From the NCBI GenBank assembly GCA_028275885.1, contig JAPWTW010000007.1:1-20484 (forward strand): 20,484 nucleotides of DNA, in the 5' to 3' direction. Position numbers and translations under genes: made by a program. Under the pieces are notes generated by a model. It searched no databases, was not told where the DNA came from, and saw only the letters and a program-made list of their open reading frames with translations. Shown here piece after piece: positions 14,858 through 20,484 of the stretch (within the stretch, counting starts at the first letter, position 1; every line of letters starts with the position of its first letter). This stretch comes from Candidatus Nanopusillus sp. (GTDB taxonomy: Archaea; Nanobdellota; Nanobdellia; Nanobdellales; Nanobdellaceae).

Positions 14858-16084
14858 TTAAAATCTTTTAACAATTTCTTCCAATTTTTCAAAGAAAAAA
14901 TCAATTTCTTCTTTTGTATTATAAATATATAGTGAAGCTCTAACAGATCCTTTATATTTATACAAATCCAAATGTCTAAATAATATATAACAACAATGAT
15001 ATCCAGTTCTGACAGTAATATTATAAGAATCTAGCATTTTTCCAATTATATGTGGATTTATTTTAAATACTAATGAAAATATTGCTTCCCTACCTTTATA
15101 ATCATTTAATCCCATCAATATTACATCTTTATATTTATTTGAAAAATCTTCAAATCTTTCTAAGAAATATTTTGTTAATTCTTGCTCATATTTTTCGATA
15201 TTTTCCATTCCCAATTTATTTAAATATTTAATTGCTTCTCCAAATGCAATTCCATCCGCAATATTTGGAGTTCCAGCCTCAAATTTCCATGGTAGATCGT
15301 TTAAATATTCTTTATCGAAATCAATATCTTTAATCATATCTCCACCCCATAAAAAAGGTTCCATATTTTCTAATAATTCTTCTTTTCCATATAATACACC
15401 AATTCCAGATGGTCCTAACATTTTATGAGAACTAAATACTAAAAAATCTACATCTAATTTTTTAACATTTATAGGTAAATGCCCAGAACTTTGTGCAGCA
15501 TCAATTAAAACTAAAGCACCTTTTTCATGAGCAATTTTTATTATTTCTTCTATAGGATTTATTGTACCCAGAACATTTGATACATGAGTTATAGAAACTA
15601 TTTTCGTTTTTTCATCTATTTTTCTTTCAAAATCATCTAAATCTAATTTATAATCTTTAACATTAATATATTCTAATTTTGCTCCTGTTTTTTTACATAT
15701 AAACCTCCATGGTAATAAATTTGAACTATGTTCCATATAGGATATCAAAATTTTATCATCTTTCTTTATATTATTTAATCCATATGAATATGCAACAAGA
15801 TTTATTGATTCTGTAGTATTTCTTGTAAAAATTATTTCTCTCCATTCTTTACATTTTATAAAATCTGCAACCAATTTATGAGAATTTTCATATTCTTCAG
15901 AAGATATTTCACTTATTTTATATACACCTCTATGTATATTCGCATAATATTTTTCATAAACTTCTTTTATTTTTTCAATAACTTGTTTAGGTTTTTGAGT
16001 TGTAGCAGTATTATCAAAATATACTAAATTCGGATTATTTTCAAAAATTGGGAAATCTTTTCTTATTTCCTTTGGATTTATCAT
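14858..16084 (-). CDS. sufS: Cysteine desulfurase, SufS/Csd type (class V aminotransferase)
   Basis: YFDNTATTQKP...YYANIHRGVYKIS, SSHKMLGPSGIGVLYG (PLP lysine) and VRTGYHCC (catalytic Cys loop) are collinear with group II SufS. The protein is 408 aa. Confidence 0.88.
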   Translation of the reverse strand: MINPKEIRKDFPIFENNPNLVYFDNTATTQKPKQVIEKIKEVYEKYYANIHRGVYKISEISSEEYENSHKLVADFIKCKEWREIIFTRNTTESINLVAYSYGLNNIKKDDKILISYMEHSSNLLPWRFICKKTGAKLEYINVKDYKLDLDDFERKIDEKTKIVSITHVSNVLGTINPIEEIIKIAHEKGALVLIDAAQSSGHLPINVKKLDVDFLVFSSHKMLGPSGIGVLYGKEELLENMEPFLWGGDMIKDIDFDKEYLNDLPWKFEAGTPNIADGIAFGEAIKYLNKLGMENIEKYEQELTKYFLERFEDFSNKYKDVILMGLNDYKGREAIFSLVFKINPHIIGKMLDSYNITVRTGYHCCYILFRHLDLYKYKGSVRASLYIYNTKEEIDFFFEKLEEIVKRF

Positions 16085-16134
16085 AAAATAGATTTATATA
16101 AAACCCTTATATTTTTTAATTATATTTTATCATA

Positions 16135-16386
16135 ATGAAATACAATATAAGTAAACTTTGCGGAATAAATAATTTATCTGTAAGGTTTGATAAAGAATTT
16201 GATAATAAATTTATTAATAAATTAATAAAAATATTAGATAATTTTGAAATAAAAGAGAAAGATAAGGATTATATATGGTTAAAGTTAGAGGAAAAAAATG
16301 TATTGATATATAAACATGGAGAAATTTTGTTTTTAGGTTTTTCTGAAGAAGATGTCGAAAATATTTTAGATAAGGTTTTAAAATAG
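16135..16386 (+). CDS. Hypothetical 83-aa protein, possible single TBP-like domain
   Basis: DYIWLKLEEKNVLIYKHGEILFLGFSEEDVENILDKVLK resembles the end of one TATA-binding-protein repeat (..ALLIFSSGKxVxTGAKSxEDxxxAxxKx..). The length equals one TBP repeat. This is a weak, memory-based motif resemblance only. Confidence 0.4.
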   Translation: MKYNISKLCGINNLSVRFDKEFDNKFINKLIKILDNFEIKEKDKDYIWLKLEEKNVLIYKHGEILFLGFSEEDVENILDKVLK

Positions 16387-16484
16387 ATATTTATATTTGT
16401 CATGCAACATTTTACCTAATCAATATATTTTTTATTGAAATAAAGATTCAAAAATTTATAATTACCAAAATATTTTAAAAGTTT

Positions 16485-16940
16485 ATGGTAATCCTACCTT
16501 TTAGAAGATTGTCTAAAGGCAAAACACCACCAAGTAAGCTGGGCAAAATTAACAAAAAACTTATCGGCAATCCAAAAAAGGAGGAAAAAATTATAAAAAC
16601 AGCAAGAAAGGAATTTAAAGAAATAAATATAGATACTGAAAAACTTTTAAAGGAATCTAAAGATTTAAGGGATATTAAAAAAATAGAAAAGACAGTAAAG
16701 AGGGATTTAAAGGAAATAGAAAAATATATAAAATCTTTAAAGAATTTATATGGAGCTAATTTAAATAGAGTTTATCCAGAAATTATTCAATTAGAAAAGC
16801 ATATAGAGAAGCTTTATAAGATATTAGAAGAAATTAAAAAGAAAGGACTATCAATTCATCTTGAAAGAGAGTTTTATATAATATTAAATGAAATACATAA
16901 ACTTTGGGAAATGCATAGGCATAAAATTTCAAAGACATAA
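16485..16940 (+). CDS. Hypothetical basic or Lys/Glu-rich coiled-coil protein
   Basis: This 151-aa ORF has a basic N-terminus (RRLSKGKTPPSKLGKINKK) followed by K/E/I-rich helices. TTTATAAT lies at -30..-23 of the ATG. No family is recognised. Confidence 0.5.
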   Translation: MVILPFRRLSKGKTPPSKLGKINKKLIGNPKKEEKIIKTARKEFKEINIDTEKLLKESKDLRDIKKIEKTVKRDLKEIEKYIKSLKNLYGANLNRVYPEIIQLEKHIEKLYKILEEIKKKGLSIHLEREFYIILNEIHKLWEMHRHKISKT

Positions 16941-16971
16941 TTTTTGTAAAACTTTTTTAATTATAAAAAAC

Positions 16972-17439
16972 TTATGCTACAGGTAATGTTGCTTGAACAG
17001 CTATTCCATTATATATAAATGTAAATATATAATAATAAATTCCAGAACTCCATTTAGTAGCTAAACCAGTAGGATTACATGATAAAGTTATTGTACTTTG
17101 TTGACCTGAAGTAATTATAGCTGATGATGCTGAACAAGTATATGTAGTACCATCATATGTAGAATTTGAACCCCAATATTCTTGAGCTGTTATAGTTAGG
17201 TTATTAGTATTAATTGGCACGTTTCCATTATTGTATATTACTGCATATATATTACCACCAGAAACGTATACCAGTGGTACACTAAAAGATGTTATTTGTG
17301 TAGCCAGACTAATCTGTTGTGAAGTTGATGATGTTAATGAAGAAAACATCCCAGACATCCATGCATACATTAATCCTGCTATTGCTACTGTCATTACAAT
17401 TAATAGTATTGTTGCAATTACTGGAGATATACCTTTCAT
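16972..17439 (-). CDS. Archaeal type IV pilin-like protein (class III signal peptide)
   Basis: MKG-ISPVIATILLIVMTVAIAGLMYAW is the hallmark archaeal pilin/archaellin-type N-terminus, with a prepilin peptidase site after KG. The Ser/Thr/Gly-rich beta-type body has 2 Cys. GC is higher than in the neighbouring genes. Confidence 0.8.
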   Translation of the reverse strand: MKGISPVIATILLIVMTVAIAGLMYAWMSGMFSSLTSSTSQQISLATQITSFSVPLVYVSGGNIYAVIYNNGNVPINTNNLTITAQEYWGSNSTYDGTTYTCSASSAIITSGQQSTITLSCNPTGLATKWSSGIYYYIFTFIYNGIAVQATLPVA

Positions 17440-17450
17440 AAATAATTTAG

Positions 17451-17470
17451 TAAATATCGATATTTATAAA
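17451..17470 (-). promoter_or_regulatory. Pilin promoter region with TATA box TTTATAAATA (-31..-22 of the ATG) overlapping a 16-bp perfect palindrome TAAATATCGATATTTA (17451-17466)
   Basis: Both elements were read directly. The TATA-to-ATG distance suggests a leaderless mRNA. The palindrome covers -12..-27, where an operator would block TBP/TFB or RNAP access. Confidence 0.35.
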
Positions 17471-17506
17471 TTTTTGGATTTAAAGTTTGATTCATTATAA
17501 TCAAAA

Positions 17507-17516
17507 TTTAATAAAA
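17507..17516 (+). promoter_or_regulatory. Candidate TATA box (TTTAATAAAA) at -33..-24 of tRNA-Arg, preceded by a purine-rich CAAAA
   Basis: The position is consistent with transcription initiating at or near tRNA position +1. AT-rich background lowers specificity. Confidence 0.35.
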
Positions 17517-17539
17517 GATTAATTTAATTAAATTAGAAA

Positions 17540-17614
17540 GGACCCGTAGCTCAGCATGGATAGAGCGACGGCCTCCTAAGCCGTAGGTCGGGGGTTCAAA
17601 TCCCCCCGGGTCCG
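17540..17614 (+). tRNA. tRNA-Arg (anticodon CCU)
   Basis: Hand-folded: GGACCCG-UA-GCUC-AGCAUGGAUA-GAGC-G-ACGGC-CUCCUAA-GCCGU-AGGUC-GGGGG-UUCAAAU-CCCCC-CGGGUCC-G. No CCA is encoded. An oligo-T run (17633-17637) follows inside the convergent gene. Confidence 0.93.
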
Positions 17615-17619
17615 CTTAA

Positions 17620-18813
17620 TTAACTCAAATTTTTATAATATTTTAATCCTAATAAAAATAAAGAAGAAATTATATATACATAGACCATTGGCATAAAATT
17701 TGTGACATAGTATGTAAATAATGTATCATTACCTAACATATATATTAAGAAAAATCCTAAATAAATTGATAATGGATATAAATATGAAACATTAACTTTT
17801 CTATCTTTTAATATAAATATTAAAGGCGTTAAGATTAGCCAAAGTATCATAATATAATTATTTACAGATGCATAAAAATTATTTAAATAAAGGTTATTTC
17901 CAGAATACGTTCCTAAATAAAATGGATGAATATTTAACAACCATTGCCATGGTAAAGAAATTTGATTTGTAGCATTTACAATATGTCCTGTTGTGATACT
18001 CCATTTTAATGCATTTAAAAAACTCTGATTAAACCAACTAAAAAATCCAAGATATATAATTAATGGGATGTTTAAAAATAAATATACTATTAATGGTAAT
18101 ATAATTACATAAAAAAATCTTTTTATTCTACTTATATTAATTCCCTTAATATAATATAAAAGGGGAAATACTAAAAATACCCCAGGAAATTTTGAAGAAA
18201 ATGCTAGTCCGAAAGATATTGATGATTTTATTATATCGTTTTTTATTAAATAATACAATGATAATAAAGAAAAAAATGATATATATATATCTAACATAGC
18301 TATGCCATGCATTATCCATATATTTGGATCAGAAATAATTAAAACCGAAGTAATTATTCCAGCAATATTTCCAAATATATTATTACCAACAATTTTTCTA
18401 GTTATCAAAAATGATAGAATTATTATTAAATCTCCTAATATCCAACTAGGAATTCTCCAAACCCAATAATTATATCCTAAAAAATATATAAAGATGCCAA
18501 TAATATATTTTGCTAAAGGTGGATGTTCAAGATTAAAATAATCGATTAAATATTTTCCAGAAGGAAATGGAACAGTTTGATTTATATCTAAATGGAATAT
18601 TTTTGTCATAATATTATATGAAGCTGGAGCATACCATACTTCATCAGAAATATATGAATTTATATGATAAAATACAGAAAATGTTTGATAAGTATAAATT
18701 AGTAATAAAATACCCAAAATTATATAAAAAGGATATTTCTTTATAAATCCATATAATTTATTTATTATCTTTTTTCTCTTTAAATTATCAATAATCTTCA
18801 ATAAATTTCTCAT
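17620..18813 (-). CDS. GT-C fold membrane glycosyltransferase (PMT/ArnT-like, COG1807/COG1928-like)
   Basis: The 397-aa protein is hydrophobic throughout, about 10 or more TM by eye. ISDEVWYAP lies in the first extracytoplasmic loop after TM1 and matches the DE (DEVHF-like) catalytic motif of PMT-family GT-C enzymes. There is no WWDYG, so this is not AglB/STT3. Confidence 0.6.
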   Translation of the reverse strand: MRNLLKIIDNLKRKKIINKLYGFIKKYPFYIILGILLLIYTYQTFSVFYHINSYISDEVWYAPASYNIMTKIFHLDINQTVPFPSGKYLIDYFNLEHPPLAKYIIGIFIYFLGYNYWVWRIPSWILGDLIIILSFLITRKIVGNNIFGNIAGIITSVLIISDPNIWIMHGIAMLDIYISFFSLLSLYYLIKNDIIKSSISFGLAFSSKFPGVFLVFPLLYYIKGINISRIKRFFYVIILPLIVYLFLNIPLIIYLGFFSWFNQSFLNALKWSITTGHIVNATNQISLPWQWLLNIHPFYLGTYSGNNLYLNNFYASVNNYIMILWLILTPLIFILKDRKVNVSYLYPLSIYLGFFLIYMLGNDTLFTYYVTNFMPMVYVYIISSLFLLGLKYYKNLS

Positions 18814-18852
18814 TATTGATCTATCTTAAAAAAATTTAAAAAACTAGACTAT

Positions 18853-20046
18853 TCAAGATAATCTTTCTATATAAATTTCTGGCATAATTCCACCTGGTGG
18901 ATATGTTCTCCCAACAACCCAGTATATGGATTGATAAGATGTTGATTGGGGACCACTTCCAGAACTAATAGAAAAATATCTTCCTGACAATATGTTTCTA
19001 TCAATTCTTATCTTTAAAGTCTGATTAGTATTTTCCAAAGTTCCTAATAAAGAAATTGGTGGAATATTATTCAATGCAAGATATCCTGCTTGCATATATG
19101 TATTATTGCAAAAGTCAACTAAAAAATATGAATAAATATATGATTGATTTTTATTTATAAATGGTCCTTTATATAATTGTGCAGGAAATTTTCCATCAGC
19201 ATATGAAATATATATTGCTGGTTGTAAATTATAATACTCATACTGTACAAATATAGAATCATATAACGTTGGAGTGTATCCTCCAAACTTATTTGCTCCC
19301 GCTGCATATACAACAGATTTTTTACCATACATTGAAATTACATTTGCATCAGCTTCCCCATTATAATACCATCCTTCTTCAATAATTATTGGTATATTTG
19401 GAATATTTCCATTATTTGGTGGTTCTATATATGATCCCTGAGACAATGAATAATTTATCATCTCAATTCCATTAATTGTTGGGGTTGGAAAATAATTTCC
19501 ATTTTCAACATTTAAAACCCAATTATGTCTTGTATCATAAAACCAACCATAAAAATTAAAGACTAGTTGTCCATTATCATAAATACTAAGAGGTCCCCAA
19601 CTATAATTATTATATACATAAGACGACATACCAACGTATGGATAATATTTTTCATAATAATTTTCTCCCGCAGGTCCTATGTACATATAAATTGTAATAT
19701 TTGAATATGGTGAAATTGAGCTTGGTAATCTTACCCACCAAATAGAATAATTATTGTAATACCCAACAAACCAGGAATATAAAATTGACCCTGTAATGTT
19801 ATTTAAATTTGTAAAGAAGAAAACATTTGATCCATTTTCATTTATTCCATATTCATTCATTATAGAGCTATTTATATATATTTCTTGTTGAAATGGTGAA
19901 AAAACTGTACAATTTGTTGGATTATATATTGATAATTTTAATATTTTTCCACTACTATATGTTTTATTTTGATAACCCAAATAATATATTACTCCAAAAA
20001 TTATTACAACAAAAACTAATAATACAAGTAGATTTTTCATATTCAT
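18853..20046 (-). CDS. Secreted or anchored Asn/Tyr-rich surface protein, DUF2341-like segment
   Basis: There is an N-terminal signal or anchor (LLVLLVFVVIIFGVIYYLGY). ILYSWFVGYYNNYSIWWVRLPSSISPYSNITIYMYIGP is reminiscent of the DUF2341 pattern (L.YWIE....IWVKVP.I......IYMYYGN). There are many N-x-S/T sites. The family call is tentative. Confidence 0.4.
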   Translation of the reverse strand: MNMKNLLVLLVFVVIIFGVIYYLGYQNKTYSSGKILKLSIYNPTNCTVFSPFQQEIYINSSIMNEYGINENGSNVFFFTNLNNITGSILYSWFVGYYNNYSIWWVRLPSSISPYSNITIYMYIGPAGENYYEKYYPYVGMSSYVYNNYSWGPLSIYDNGQLVFNFYGWFYDTRHNWVLNVENGNYFPTPTINGIEMINYSLSQGSYIEPPNNGNIPNIPIIIEEGWYYNGEADANVISMYGKKSVVYAAGANKFGGYTPTLYDSIFVQYEYYNLQPAIYISYADGKFPAQLYKGPFINKNQSYIYSYFLVDFCNNTYMQAGYLALNNIPPISLLGTLENTNQTLKIRIDRNILSGRYFSISSGSGPQSTSYQSIYWVVGRTYPPGGIMPEIYIERLS

Positions 20047-20087
20047 AAACTAATAATGATGATAATATTTTTAAACGATTTGTTATT

Positions 20088-20484
20088 TTATGTTAATAGT
20101 AACAAGCCTAAAATTCCCACCAAAGATATCAATATATAATTTATATTTTCAGAAACTACTAAAGCTGGCGAAGAAGATCCCAATTCAACATCAAATTGAT
20201 AATTTCCATATCCTATATATTGCCCATTTACATAAACTTTTATATTTACATCTGTTAAACCTGGAGATATTACAAGCATATTAAATGGTATAATTAATGA
20301 GCTATTTGGTGATAAAGGAGAAGATATTGTAATATTATTTAAAGTTGTTATAGGTAAATTATTATATGATAAAATTACACTATTTCCTATAACTGAAAAG
20401 GATAAAGTTATATTATTGATCGTTGCATTACCAGAATTTGTTATATTTAAATAAAATATTACGTTTCCAGACTGTACAGGGATA
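20088..20484 (-). CDS. C-terminal end of a larger surface protein with a C-terminal TM anchor (gene continues beyond the window)
   Basis: My translation of the minus strand shows the frame of ORF 20088..20279 stays open to base 20484 (...IPVQSGNVIFYLNITNSGNATINNITLSFSVIGNSVILSYNNLPITTLNNITISSPLSPNSSLIIPFN-MLVISPG...). NVIFYLNITNSGNATINNITL resembles CARDB/S-layer-type beta-sandwich repeats. The protein ends in the hydrophobic ILISLVGILGLLLLT. Confidence 0.55.
   Translation of the reverse strand, partial: IPVQSGNVIFYLNITNSGNATINNITLSFSVIGNSVILSYNNLPITTLNNITISSPLSPNSSLIIPFNMLVISPGLTDVNIKVYVNGQYIGYGNYQFDVELGSSSPALVVSENINYILISLVGILGLLLLT

Noticed and set aside
18853-20046. Using the very high density of N-x-S/T sequons as proof of heavy N-glycosylation of the secreted proteins.
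   Set aside because: The whole proteome here is Asn-, Ser- and Thr-rich because of AT bias, so sequons arise frequently by chance. Glycosylation is plausible but is not demonstrated by the sequence.
20047-20087. ATGATGA (20056-20062) in the spacer between two surface-protein genes, considered as a C box of a second C/D sRNA.
   Set aside because: No CUGA (D or D') box follows within a plausible distance on that strand. Other UGAUGA occurrences (for example 2078, 2883, 3027, 5027, 6697 and 17333) are inside CDSs and also lack correctly spaced D boxes.
1307-20284. Short ORFs from the track: 1307..1510(-), 1613..1798(+), 4879..5061(+), 5245..5457(+), 6150..6404(+), 12208..12537(-), 13224..13451(+), 14063..14254(+), 17231..17500(+) and 20090..20284(+).
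   Set aside because: Each lies inside, and mostly antisense or out of frame to, a long ORF with clear family motifs. Their translations are low-complexity (L/F/I/Y/N-rich) shadow-frame products typical of AT-rich DNA.
1-20484. A search by eye for CRISPR arrays, IS elements or transposases, integrases, rRNA genes, and split tRNA halves (extra GC-rich islands).
   Set aside because: There are no regularly spaced direct repeats and no transposase- or integrase-like ORFs. The only GC-rich islands are the three complete tRNAs. No duplicated tRNA 3' segment marks an integrated element.

Overview
This is an extremely AT-rich, very compact archaeal chromosome segment. Hand counts of 60-nt lines give about 12-25% GC in most genes, and most intergenic gaps are 0-60 bp, with several overlapping or abutting genes.

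The archaeal origin is supported by a class III signal peptide pilin, ribosomal protein S3Ae, an archaeal-type LeuRS and a C/D box sRNA. Three tRNAs of about two-thirds GC sit in roughly 20% GC DNA and lack an encoded CCA. This suggests a thermophilic, reduced-genome lineage such as DPANN/Nanoarchaeota, which is inference only.

Housekeeping content:
- a P-type ATPase 3' fragment
- RNase Z
- LeuRS
- S3Ae
- an RlmI-like PUA methyltransferase
- a SIS-domain PGI/PMI
- CTP synthase
- a SufS-type cysteine desulfurase
- tRNA-Gly(GCC), tRNA-Ser(GCU) and tRNA-Arg(CCU)

Less ordinary content:
- An unannotated, box-perfect C/D sRNA lies antisense to the ATPase stop codon.
- tRNA-Gly is wedged between two coiled-coil ORFs with 9-nt and 4-nt spacers. 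One of these ORFs carries Gln/Gly/Phe 'STFG' repeats.
- A tRNA-Ser-proximal trio encodes a Cys-less RecB/Cas4-like nuclease, a membrane-anchored Lon/S16-like protease and a small membrane protein.
- An 83-aa ORF resembles a single TBP repeat.
- A ubiquitin-like protein ends in Gly-Gly.
- pyrG is compositionally distinct and is flanked by the two longest spacers in the window.
- A cell-surface module holds a pilin, a PMT-like GT-C transferase and two secreted or anchored proteins. The last of these runs off the window end and is only partly shown in the ORF track.

No CRISPR array, IS element, integrase or rRNA was seen.
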